Assembly: GCA_963746875.1 (NCBI GenBank)
Contig: CAVVDA010000006.1
Coordinates: 65,111-129,110, forward strand
Direction of reading: 5' to 3'
From: Thermoanaerobaculia bacterium
GTDB taxonomy: Bacteria; Acidobacteriota; Thermoanaerobaculia; UBA5066
Length of the DNA stretch: 64,000 nt
The translations under genes and the position numbers were made by a program. The notes beneath the pieces are model-generated. The model did no database searches, was not told the DNA's origin, and saw only the letters and a program-made list of their open reading frames with translations. Shown one piece after another: positions 42,601 through 58,159 of this stretch (the first letter of the stretch is position 1; each line of letters opens with the position of its first letter).

Positions 42601-42975
42601 GGGGTCGACGCGGAGACCGGCGTCTTCATGCTCCTCTACCTCGACCTCTCCTACGAGCAGGCGCGGAAGGAAGGGCGGCTGACCTCGCTCGCGGACCTGC
42701 GCGCCGCCATCGTCCAGGGCGCGGCGAAGCGGATCCGGCCGAAGTTCATGACGGTGGCGACGACCTTCCTCGGGCTCGTCCCGATCATGTGGGCCACGGG
42801 CACCGGATCCGACGTCATGAAGCGGATCGCGGCCCCGATGATCGGCGGCATCTTCACGTCGTTCCTCCTCGAGCTCGTCGTCTACCCGGCCATCTACGAG
42901 ATCTGGCGGTGGAACTTCGAGCTGAAGCGGAAGGTGGAACCCGTCGCGGACGCGCTCGCGACAGCGCCCGCCTGA
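39683..42975 (+). pseudogene. cusA: heavy-metal RND efflux pump, CusA type; two +1 frame switches (about 40198 and 40386)
   Basis: 8-nt overlap with cusB. N-terminus [22 protein letters not shown]. The TM4 signature GGIAIAIGALVDAAIVVVEQ is CusA-like rather than CzcA-like. The long intact part is ORF 40552..42975. Both switches are G-run expansions (cccgGGcgtg, cgcgGGctac). Confidence 0.9.
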
Positions 42976-42990
42976 AGAGGGAAGCCGCTC

Positions 42991-43347
42991 TCAGCGCGGC
43001 CGGCCGGCCCGGGACGACTCTTTCCGCTGCGCTCCGCGAAGCTGGGATTGCAGCGCGCGCAGGCGGCAGCCGCCGGGCGTCGCCAGGATCTGGGAGACGC
43101 ACGCCTGGTCGCAGCCCGCCTTGCCGGGCCAGCGCGAGCAGTACTTCAGGCGCACTTCGTTGCGGCCCGTGACGCGGCTGGCGATCGCCTGCGCGACGGC
43201 AATCCTGACGAGGGCCGCGTCCTTGGTCTCGGGACAGACGATCTCGCGATCGCCGCTGAGCGCACGATAAGCGCGGACGCCGGCGACGGCCGCCGGAACC
43301 GAGGCCAGAACCGTCGTGGCCGTGACGACCGTCGAAGTGGCGTCCAT
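42991..43347 (-). CDS. small membrane-anchored Cys-containing protein of unknown function
   Basis: Intact 118-aa ORF with an N-terminal hydrophobic helix (VVTATTVLASVPAAVAGV). Five Cys residues in IVCPETKD, LKYCSRWPGKAGCDQACVSQI and PGGC. Convergent with cusA. Confidence 0.5.
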   Translation of the reverse strand: MDATSTVVTATTVLASVPAAVAGVRAYRALSGDREIVCPETKDAALVRIAVAQAIASRVTGRNEVRLKYCSRWPGKAGCDQACVSQILATPGGCRLRALQSQLRGAQRKESSRAGRPR

Positions 43348-43434
43348 GCGATCGCTTTCTCCAGGCCGAAATATACGAACTCAATTCCCTCCCGGCATCC
43401 GTAGAAACCCGCACCTCGCGAAGCGCGTCGGCCG

Positions 43435-45133
43435 CTACCTCCGCTTCCGGTAGAGCTGCACGGTCTCGTTCGGCGACGCCACCAGCGGCTCTCCCAGCGG
43501 TTCCCATTCCCCGGTCGCGCAGCACCCTGGTCTTCACCGCCCGCGCTTTGGTGTTCGCGAAGTTGAAGGCGCGGTTCTTCTCCATCCAGTCGAGCGACCG
43601 CGCGTCGGGCAGGAAGATGTAGTCGAGGTCCCGGGAGGCGAGCGATACCAGCGTCGCCAGCTTCTCCTCGTCGTTGCGTCCGGCCACGTCCCGTTCCCAG
43701 GCGACGGGGACCGCGGTGCCGAACGCAACCGTGTCCTCGGGCCGGAAAGTCACTCCCCCGTAGGTCAGCGCGTTGTTGCGCGGCCTGGCGCCGTACTCGA
43801 AGACGAGCACGCTGCGCAGCGCTACGGCGTCGAAATCCGCGATGTGGACGGTTACGAAGCGGGCCAGGGTCCTGCCGGCGCTCAGCGTGTCGTCGCGCAT
43901 CAGTTCCACCGCGCGGCGCAGCGCCGGCATCGTCGGAGCCAGCCCCGGCGGATCCAGGTGCATCCGGTAGCCCAGGGCGACGTTCGCGAGGCAGGCCGCC
44001 ACGGCCAGCGCGGCCGTCACGTTGCGGCCGAGAGAGCTGCCACTCGTGTCCTTTTCAAAGGGGAGCCAGCAGAAAAGGAGCCAGCCGAACACCGCGGGCA
44101 TGGAGACAAAAGGGTTCAAGCCGGCGCCCATGAGCACCAGCATCAGCACCGGCGCCGTGCCGAGCCACAGCACTCTCCAGTGCAGAGCCTTCGCCCACTT
44201 CCCCCAATTGCGACCGAACTCTCTTCGCCGGTCCCACACCTGCAGCAACAGCGCCGAAACGGCGGCGAGCGTCAACGGAATCCCGATGCTGAAGCCGGCC
44301 AGCAGCACGTGGAGGTAGCTGCGTGACAACGGCAGATTCGCGTTCGGATCGGCGCCCCACACGAAGTAGTAGTCGTGGAGCCCCTCGAAGTTGGCGAGGA
44401 GCGCGAGAGAACCCGCGACCGCGGGCGGTCCCCACCACGTCAGCAGGCGCGTCGCCAGGCGGATCCGCTCCGCCCGGGAACCGAAGAAGATCCGGGCCGC
44501 CAGCAGAGGTCCGAACATCACGGCCATGTAGACCGGTGCCGTGGCCCGGTTCAGAATCGCCAGCAGAAGGAACAGCCCGCTCGCCGCCCACGGGCCCCAC
44601 GACGCCGTTTCATACGTGGCCAGATACCAAACCGCCATGTTGGACAGCAGCAGATACAGCATCAGGTCCATGCGGAAATCCGAGACGCCTCCATTTGCGG
44701 CGAAGACCGCGCGGAACGCCAGAAACGGCAGCGTCAGGCAAAACGCGCGGGCGGCGGGCAGGCGGCGGTATCGCGCGAGGTAAAGGAAGACGGACCATCC
44801 CAGCGACAGCATCCAGATCTCCTGAAACCAGATGCCGGCGTGCCGGGACCACGGCAGGACGGGGCTGAACAGGGCCGTGAAGATCCAGGGCAGGGAGACC
44901 GTGCCGACGTGAAGCGCCAGCTTCAACCCCGCCAGGACGCCCTCGTCCCGGGACACCGCCAGGACCGTCGCGTAGTCGTGGAGGTAGGCCATGGAATCGT
45001 AGAACGGTCCCGTCCGGGCATACAGCAGCGTGTTCAGCCGCATCGCGTAGAAGGTCTGCGCGAGTACGCCGAGCGCGACCAGAAGGAGGCCCGCGCGAAG
45101 AGCTCTCCGATCTTCAGCCATGGGATGACCCAT
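43435..45133 (-). pseudogene. polytopic membrane protein with C-terminal soluble domain, unknown function (possibly GT-C-like); one frame switch near 43515
   Basis: About 11 hydrophobic helices (LLLVALGVLAQTFYAM ... MPAVFGWLLFCWLPF) within ORF 42854..45346. After a shift the natural end reads EWEPLGEPLVASPNETVQLYRKRR, with the stop at 43435..43437. Divergent from dnaE. Confidence 0.45.
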
Positions 45134-45161
45134 GGAAGGGCGCACTACAATCGCCGGCCGG

Positions 45162-48100
45162 ATGTCCGGCGACTTCGTCCACCTGCACCTCCACACCCAG
45201 TATTCCCTCCTCGACGGCGCGAACCGGCTCAAGGACCTGATCAAGCAGGTGAAGGCGTCCGGGATGGACGCCGTGGCGGTGACCGACCACGGGAACATGT
45301 TCGGGGCGTACGAGCTCCAGACGACCGCGCTCGAGGCGGGCATCAAGCCGATCCTCGGCGTCGAGGCCTACATCGCGCCCGGATCGCGCTTCGACCGCGA
45401 GAGCGTGAGGACGTTCGACGGCGAGGGGAACAACTATCACCTGACGCTGCTCGTCGAGACGCCGGACGGCTACCGGAACCTGGCGCGGCTCGTGTCCGAG
45501 GCGTTCCTCACCGGCTTCTATTACAAGCCGCGCATGGACTGGGAGCTCCTCGAGAAGTACCACGAGGGAATCATCGCGCTCTCGGGCTGCCTGAACTCGG
45601 AGGTCTCGAAGCGGCTCCGGATGGGCGACTACGAGGGCGCGAAGAAGACGGCCCTGAGGTATCGCGACCTCTTCGGCAAGGACCGCTACTTCATCGAGAT
45701 CATGGATCACGGCCTCCCGGAGCAGCGGCAGATCCTGCCGGACCTGCTGCGGCTCTCCTCGGAGACCGGCATTCCGCCGGTCGCGACGAACGACGCGCAC
45801 TACCTGACGCGCGACGACGCCGCGGCGCAGGACGTCCTCCTCTGCATCGGGATGGGGAAGACGCTCAACGACGCGAAGCGGATGAAGTTCTACAACTCGG
45901 AGTTCTACGTGAAGAACCCCGAGGAGATGAGCGACGTGTTCCGCCCGCTCACGCTCGAGGCCGTGAAGAACACGGCCGCCATCGCGGAGCGCGTCACGCC
46001 CAGCGTCATCGTGGACACGGGGCTCAAGATCCCGATGTTCCCCGTCCCCGGCGGCGACCGGACGCCCGAGGCGTATCTCGAGGACCTCGCGAAGGAGGGG
46101 CTCGAGCGGCGCCTCGAGCCCCAGCGCGCGGCGTTCGAGAACGGCACCGCGAAGAAGCCGCGGCAGGAGTACGACGAGCGGCTGGCGTGGGAGCTCTCGG
46201 TCATCCGGAAGATGGGCCTCTCGAGCTACTTCCTGATCGTCTGGGACTTCATCAAGTACGCGAAGGACGAGGGAATCCCCGTGGGCCCGGGGCGGGGGAG
46301 CGCGGCGGGCTCGCTCGTCGCGTACGCGCTCGCGATCACGGACGTCGACCCGCTCGCTGTACGACCTCCTCTTCGAGCGCTTCCTGAATCCCGGACCGCA
46401 TCTCGATGCCCGACATCGACGTCGACCTCTGCGAGCGCCGCCGCGGCGAGGTCATCGAGTACGTGCGCGGCAAGTACGGGCGCGAGAACGTCGGCCAGAT
46501 CATCACGTTCAACTCGATGAAGGCGCGGGCCGTCATTCGCGACGTGGGCCGCGTCCTCGACGTCCCGCTCGCCGAGGTGAACCGGCTCTGCTCGCTCATC
46601 CCGGCGAACCCGGGCAAGCCGACGATGCTCGCCGAGGCGCGGCGCGACGTGAAGGAGCTGGCGGACGCGCTGCAGGGACAACGAGACCTACCGGCGCCTC
46701 TTCGACCTGGGCGAGCGGCTCGAGGGCGTGTCGCGCCACGCGGGCGTCCACGCGGCCGGCGTCCTCATCGCCCCGAGGCCGCTCGTCGAGTACCTGCCGC
46801 TCTACCGGAACAGCAACGACGAGATCACGACCCAGTTCGAGATGAAGTCGGTCGACCGGATGGGCCTCCTCAAGATGGACTTCCTCGGGCTCATCACGCT
46901 GACGATCCTCGACGACGCGCTGCGCTTCGTGGAGAAGAAGACCGGGAAAGCGCCCGGACCTCGACGACGATCCCGCTCGACGACCCCGAGGTCTACCGGC
47001 TCTTCGCGGACGGACGCACGGACGGCGTCTTCCAGTTCGAGTCGTCCGGCATGCGCGACCTGCTCCGCCGGGTGAGGCCCGAGGTGTTCGACGACCTCGC
47101 CGCCCTCAACGCGCTCTACCGTCCGGGCGCGCTCGACGCCGGAACCGTCGAGGTCTACATCCAGCGCCGCCGCGGGAACGAAGTTCGAGTACCCCCTGCC
47201 GCAGCTCGAGCCGATCCTCAAGGACACGTACGGCGTCCTCGTCTACCAGGAGCAGGTCATGCTCGCGGCGCGTGCCGTGGCCGGGCTATTCGCCCGGCGA
47301 GGCGGACAAGCTCCGCAAGGCCATCGGCAAGAAGGACGAGGCGCTCCTCAAGGCCGAGGGCGACAAGTTCATCAAGAAGGCGGTCGCGAACGGGACGCCG
47401 AAGAAGAAGGCCGAGGAGCTGTGGGCGCTCATCCTGCCGTTCGGCCGCTACGGCTTCAACAAGTCGCATTCGGTCGTCTACGCGCTCCTCGCGTACCGCA
47501 CGGCGTGGATGAAGGTGCACCACCCGGTGGAGTTCCTCGCGGCCACGCTCACGGCCAGCTCGGGCAGCTCGGACGACGTCGTCAAGTACGTGAACACCTG
47601 CCGGGAGATGAAGATCCCCGTGCTGCCGCCGGACGTCAACGCGTCGGACCTTTCGTTCACGCCGGACGGGCCGGCGATCCGGTTCGGCCTCGGAGCCGTG
47701 AAGGGCGTCGGGGAAGGCGCCGTCGCCTCCGTCCTCGCGGCGCGCGCGGGCGACGGCCCGTTCAAGTCCCTGACGGATTTCTGCTCGCGCGTCGACCTCC
47801 GCCTGAACAACCGGCGGGTCATCGAGGCGCTCGATCAAGTCGGGCTGCTTCGACTCCCTCGGGAAGAGCCGCGCGGCGTTTCTCGACGGGCTCGACCATG
47901 CGATCGACGTGGCGGCCGACGCGCGCGAGGCCGCGTCGTCGAATCAGAGCTCTCCTCTTCGACGTCCCGAAGGAGACGCAGATCGAGGACCAGTTTCCCG
48001 ACAAGCCGGAGTGGAGCGTCGACGAGAAGATCCGCTACGAGAAGGAGACGCTCGGCTTCTACATCACGGGCCATCCGCTCGCGCGATTCGAGGACGAGAT

Positions 48101-48723
48101 CCGGATGTTCGGCGACGTGACGTGCGAGACGCTGCGCGAGCGCCTCGACGCGCAGGTGAAGCTCGTCGGGCCTCGTCGGGGCGGTCAAGAAGACCCAGAT
48201 CAAGAAGGGCCAGAACGAGGGGAAGATGATGGCGAAGGCCGTCGTCGAGGACCTCACGGGCTCCGTGCCGGTGACCGTCTTCGCGAGCCTTCTCGAGCGC
48301 GTCGGGTCGTGGCTCGCGCCGGGCCGGCCCGTGCTCGTCACGGGAACGGTGCGCCTCGTCCATGGCGCCCGGCGGCGCGACGCACGATCCGTCCGAAAAC
48401 GAGTCCGCCGGCATGCCGATCGAGATCATCGCGCGCGAGATCCAGCTCGTCGAGGGCATGAAGGAGCAGAGCGCGCGGGAGGTCCTCATCGTCGCCTCCG
48501 AACTTCGAGACGTTCGACGAGGAGGCGCTGGGAGAGATTCTGCAGAAGGTACCCCGGCTCGATGCCCGTCTCGCTCGAGATGCGGCGGCCGGGCCAGTTC
48601 GCGGCGCCGCCACAAGATCTCTCCTCGACCTGTGGGTGCGACCGAGCGCCCGAGTTCACGGCGTCGATGGAGACCCTCCTCGGCCCGGACTCCGTCCGAT
48701 ACTCCTACGCGGCTTCTCCATGA
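45162..48723 (+). pseudogene. dnaE: DNA polymerase III alpha subunit; about 8 frame switches
   Basis: PHP domain ([29 protein letters not shown]), [64 protein letters not shown]. The OB-fold/C-terminus is in ORFs 47272.. and 48226..48723. Confidence 0.92.
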
Positions 48724-48780
48724 CCGCCGAGGGCGAACGCCACGCCCGCGTTCGCCGCCGAGGAGGTCGCCGCCCAGCTC

Positions 48781-49698
48781 GTGCGCGCGGGCGAAGTCGC
48801 CGACCGGCGCGAGGTGGGGTTGTGGTTCGTCGGAGGGGCGCTGCGCGACCTGCTCCTCGGCCGCCCGCTTCACGACGTGGATCTCGCCGTGGAGGCGGCC
48901 GCCGCGACCGCGCTCGAGCTCGCGACGCGTCTCGGCGCGCTGCCCGGCTGGACGCTCGAGAAGTCCCACGCGCGGTTCGGCACGGCGAGGCTCCGGGCGC
49001 CCGGCGGCCTGCGCGTGGACGTCGCCGCCACGCGCCGCGAGGAGTATCCGGCGCCGGCGAGCCTGCCGGTCGTCACGGGCACGACCACGATCGAGGAGGA
49101 TCTCGGGCGCCGGGACTTCACGATCAACGCGATGGCCCGGCGCGTCGGCAGGCGCGGCCTCGACGGGAAGCGTCCTCGACCCTTTCGGCGGCCGAAGGGA
49201 CCTCGACTTCGAAGAACGCTCCGCCTCCTGCACCCGAAATCCCTCGTCGACGACCCGACGCGCGCGTACCGGGCGGTGAAATACGCCGTGCGGCTCGGAT
49301 TCGCGTGGGACGGGGAATTCTCGAGAATGCTCAAGAAGGCCCGCGCAGCGGGAGCATTCGGCGCTCTCTCGGGTGACCGAATGCGCAGGGGATTCGAAGA
49401 GATTTTCTTAGAAGGGGAATGGGAGCGGGCGGCGCAGCTCATCGAGGAGCTCGAACTCCTGGGCGACGTCCTTCCCGGCTGGGCAATCCCCCATTCACCT
49501 TCTAAGAAGAAATCGACCGTCTCGATCCGCAGCTGCGGCATCGCTCGACGCGCCCCGCCGGAGCCCGAGCGTCCGAAAGCAGAAATCTCCTGGAAGCGCC
49601 TCCTCGAGCCGCTGACGGCCGTCGAGCGCGCGGCCGTCGCGTCCCGCCTGAACTTTCCGAAAGCGCTGCGGCGCGCCGCGGACGCGGAGGTGCGATGA
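48781..49698 (+). pseudogene. tRNA nucleotidyltransferase (CCA-adding)/poly(A) polymerase family protein; two compensating frame switches near 49150-49205
   Basis: GGALRDLLLGRPLHDVDLAV, RRDFTINAMA, then LDPFGGRRDL in another frame, returning to HPKSLVDDPTRAYRAVKYAVRLGF. The start may instead be ATG 48720, which overlaps the dnaE stop. Confidence 0.7.
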
Positions 49699-50440
49699 CC
49701 CGGCGCCTGCTTCTCGCGGCTGCTCCTCGCGACAGCTCCGTCTCCGTCGCCCGCTCCGACGCCGACGGCCCTTCCGACGCCGACGCCCGAGAAGCGCGAT
49801 CCTCGTCTCGTCGCCGCGCTCGAGTCCCGGCAGGGCATCGGCATGGAGCGCGTGGCGCTCTTCGACGACGGGACGCTCGTGAGGGTCCGCGGATACCGCG
49901 CCGAGCGGATCGTGGACCGCAAGTCGATCTCGCCGGAGGAGCTCGACGTGGTGCGGAGGGTCTGTCTCGAGGCCCTGGCCGTGCGCGCGAGGGACGTCGA
50001 GGACCCGGCCCGGTCGGCGCTCGGGGACGCGCAGGCGCGGCGCATCACGATCGAGATCGCCGATCCGGCCGGGGGCTCGCGCGTCTACACGTACGACGAC
50101 CTCACGTCGCTGCCGCTGGCGGTGGGGAGAGCGCGGGGAGCGCTGGAGGACCTGCGGTCGCGGTTCGAGAAGCAGGACCTCGCCGAGACGAAGTGGGAGA
50201 CGAAGGCCCTGAAGAGCAGGCGCGTTTCTTCGGCGGCGGGCCGACGGCGTCTGGTATCGCGTCGTCCACGACGACGCGTTGGATCACGATTTCGAGCTCG
50301 AGGAGCTGGACGCGGGCGGCGAGCAGGGGAGCCACAAGGTGAGGATCTTCGTGTATCGCGGCGACATCCCGCGCCTCTTCGAGGATCCCGCCACCGCGGG
50401 TCCGCGGCCGCCCGCGCCCTCGCCTGCCGCGAGGCGCTGA
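49695..50440 (+). pseudogene. hypothetical secreted/lipoprotein-like protein; 2-3 frame switches
   Basis: ATGA overlap with the upstream stop. A Pro/Thr-rich linker, then a GC3-consistent frame (ORF 49843.. MERVALFDDGTLVRVRGYRAERIV ... YTYDDLTSLPLAVGRARGALEDL). The tail (VWYRVVHDDALDHDFELEE ... IFVYRGDIPRLFEDP) ends at TGA 50438..50440. Confidence 0.4.
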
Positions 50441-50442
50441 GC

Positions 50443-51036
50443 ATGGTGCGCCTGACCGCGGCGGAACCTGGCGCGGGCGGAAGCTCGAGATCCCGCCGGG
50501 CATCCGGCCGACGACCGAGCTCGCGCGCAAGGCGGCGTTCGACATCCTCGGGGATGCGGTCGTCGGCGCCAGGGTGCTGGACGCGTGCGCGGGCTCGGGA
50601 GCGTACGGCCTCGAGGCGCTCTCGCGGGGCGCCGCGCACGCGACGTTCGTCGAAGCGGATCGGTGGCGTCGCGAAGAGTCTTGAGGGGGAATGTGGAGCG
50701 GCTCGGTGCGGGGGAGCGCGCGTCCATCGAAGAGATGTCCGTGGCCCGTTTTTCTTCGATGACCCATTCACGGTGAAGAGGTGAGCAGGCCCTGGCTGCG
50801 CCCGGACGCGACCGCGTTCGACGTGGTCTTTCACGATCCCCCTTTCGAAGAAAATCCTCCGAATCCGACCTTCAGCTTCTCTTGTCACTCGTGCGCGCAG
50901 GCGGCTGGCTCTTTCACGAGCGCGGGGACGACCGCGTGTTCTCGTCCCGGCGGGACTCGAGCCAGCCGACCGCCGGCGCTACGGCACGACGCGTTTCCTC
51001 ATTTTCCGCCCCTCGCGGGCCCGATCGCCCTGCTAA
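50443..51036 (+). pseudogene. rsmD: 16S rRNA (guanine966-N2)-methyltransferase RsmD-like; 3-4 frame switches
   Basis: [46 protein letters not shown], and the C-terminal [13 protein letters not shown], distributed over three frames. Confidence 0.6.
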
Positions 51037-51077
51037 ACTCCGCCCTTCGCCGCAGCGCGGCTTTGGAGCATAGAAAC

Positions 51078-52246
<1,169 letters not shown>

Positions 52247-52292
52247 GAAGAGAAGACCTGCTTAGAAGGTGAATAGGCCGCAGGTCGCATCC

Positions 52293-55770
<3,478 letters not shown>

Positions 55771-56951
55771 CCCTCGTGGGGCTGGGCGTTTGAACGGCGG
55801 CCGCCGTTGCCGTCGCGACCGCCGGAGCGGCGGCCTTCACCGGCAGGGAGAAGACGGCCTTGTCCCGCCGCACGCGGGCGAGCGCGAAGACGCCGAACGC
55901 CAGGAGGAGGAGGTTCGGCAGCCACATCGCGAGAGCCGGTGACATCCGACCCTCGATCGCGCGGGCCTCGCCCGTGGCGAGGAGGGCGTAGTAGAGAAGC
56001 ACGATCGCGACCGACACCGCGAATCCGGCCGCCCGCCCCCCGCGCCGGTTGACGATTCCGAGCGGCAGCCCGATGAGGCCGAAGACGAGGCAGGCTGCCG
56101 GCAGCGCGAACTTCTTGTGGACCTCGGTGAGCGCGAGCCTCCGGTCCTCGGGCCGCCGCGTGCGGGCCGCGGCGCGTTCCAGAAGCTCGCGCAGCGTCTG
56201 CTCGCGGATCTGCTTCTCCGTGACGCCGCGCGCCGGGCCGTTGTCCTGCAGGACCATGCGGTGCCGGGAGAAGGACGTCACGTCGTACCGCGTGCCGCCG
56301 TCCTGCATGTGGTGGGTCTCGGCGTCCTCGACGCGCAGCCAGAGACGGCCCTGGTCCTCCTCGAGCTCCAGCCAGCCTCTCCTCGCGAGCGTCAGCCGTT
56401 CCCCTTCGGCGCTGGAGCGGTCCGAGATGATGAGACCCGTGAGCTCGCGGCGATCGGTCGAGGCCCCCTCGGCGTAGACCCTCAGGCCCGGCGATCTCCG
56501 GGACTGAAGACGCCCGGCTGGATCCTCTGGGCGAACGCGAAGCTCGAGAGGCGGAGCTTCATCGCGTAGAGCAGGTGATTCGTGCGCGGGACGACGGCGA
56601 GCATCAGCGCGAGCGTCGCGGCTCCGATCGCAACGGCGAGGAATCCGATCGGGCCGGTAGAGGGTCAGCAGATCGACGCCCGAGGCGCGCAGGGCGGTCA
56701 GCTCGGAGTCGGCCGACAGCCGTCCGATGCCGATCAGGAGCCCCAGGAGAAACGCGATGGGCAGCGTGAGGACGACGATGTGCGGGAGCGAGAGGGCGAC
56801 GACCAGCGCCGGCCTCGACGAACGGCTGCTCGCTCTGGACGAGAAGCTCCGAGAACTGCACGAGCCCGCGGACGGCCATGAACCCCGTGTAGGCGAGGAA
56901 GCCCACGAGCGTGGGCGCGAGAACCTCTCGAAAGACGTAACGGTTCAACAG
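55771..56951 (-). pseudogene. lptF: LPS export permease LptF (YjgP/YjgQ family); at least 4 frame switches, no stop before lptG as assembled
   Basis: N-terminus LNRYVFREVLAPTLVGFLAYTGFMAVRGLVQFSELLV (CTG/TTG start near 56951-56948). LPIAFLLGLLIGIGRLSADSELTALRASG is in another frame. The C-terminal TM helices (FALPAACLVFGLIGLPLGI, LAMWLPNLLLLAFGVFAL) are in ORF 54659..56308. Confidence 0.65.
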
Positions 56952-57070
56952 CGCGCTGCACGGAGCCGATGGTAGCCGAAGGAAGGATCTCCAGCTCTTC
57001 CCAGCGCCAATACGCAACGTCCGATAATATTTATTATGTTAAATACTAGATGACACCTTGCCTGAAATCA

Positions 57071-58159
57071 TTAGGCGTGCCAGAGGACCGGCTCTCCCGA
57101 CGATCTCGTCGAGTGACGGGCGCGCCGAGGTAACGCGCAGCTCCGGTGGCGAGCGCGGCCTGATCTCACGACGCCGTCGCGTGCGTCGAGCGGACGTTCC
57201 GCGCACCTGCAGCGAAGATCGGCCGCTCCGACGCTCGTTCGTCGGGAGCGTTCTATTTCTTCGTTCGCTTTCGCCTTCACGAAGCGGCCCTGCGTCTCGA
57301 GGTCGATGTCCCCTGCTTCGATCCGCCGCGCGAGATCGCGAATCGCTTCGAGGATCTCGTCCTTCTTGTGGAGGCGGCCCTTGAGCACGAGGCTCACCTT
57401 GTAGCGCTTGTCCTCCGGAGCGAAGTCGAGCGTGTAGGCCTTCTTCAGTCCACCGAGCTTCGAGCTTCGGGCCGCGCCGCGCGTCCTTCTTCACCTCCCG
57501 CAGAACGTCGCGGCTCAACGATCTCGCCGCTCGCCATCGCCCTCACCGCGGCGAGCATGAGGTCTTCGTCCTTCAGCCTTCCGAGCTCGAGCAGGAACGA
57601 CCGCGACCCGATGTCGGCGCGCCGACATTCCGCCTGCACGCGATCCGGAAGCCGTCGCGATCGACAGCGCCTCCGTGATCGTCACGCGCGACTTCCCCAC
57701 GGCGTCGGCGATCTGCTCGTGCGTGTACCCGTGGCGTTCCTGAAGCGCCTTGTAGCCCTCGGCCTCCTCGAACGGACTCAGGTCCTTGCGCTGCAGGTTC
57801 TCGATGAGCGCGATCTCGAGCAGCTCGTTGTCCGGGCACGTCCATCTCGATGCACGGAATCTCCGAGAGACCCGCGTCGAGGGCACGCGCGGAAGCGGCG
57901 CTCGCCCGAGATGATCGTGAAGCGCCCGTCGCCTCGGGGCCGCACGAGGATCGGCTCGAGGACGCCCTTGTCGACGATCGACTTCGTGAGCTCGGCGAGG
58001 TCTCCCATCGCGCTGCGCGGCTGATCGGGATTCGCCTCGATGAGGTGAATGGGAATGCGGCGCCCGACCGGGAGCTCGTCCGCACGGACGAGCTGCTCGA
58101 CGAAGTGCGAGTCGTGACGCATGCGCGAAGATCTCGGGCAGGCCGCGGCGCTTAGACAC
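57071..58159 (-). pseudogene. parB: chromosome partitioning protein ParB/Spo0J; 4-5 frame switches, 3' end uncertain
   Basis: GTG 58159 overlaps the parA stop (VSKRRGL...). Contains [55 protein letters not shown] and the [25 protein letters not shown]. The C-terminal part is spread over ORFs 57445.., 57039.. and 57071..57397. Confidence 0.8.
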
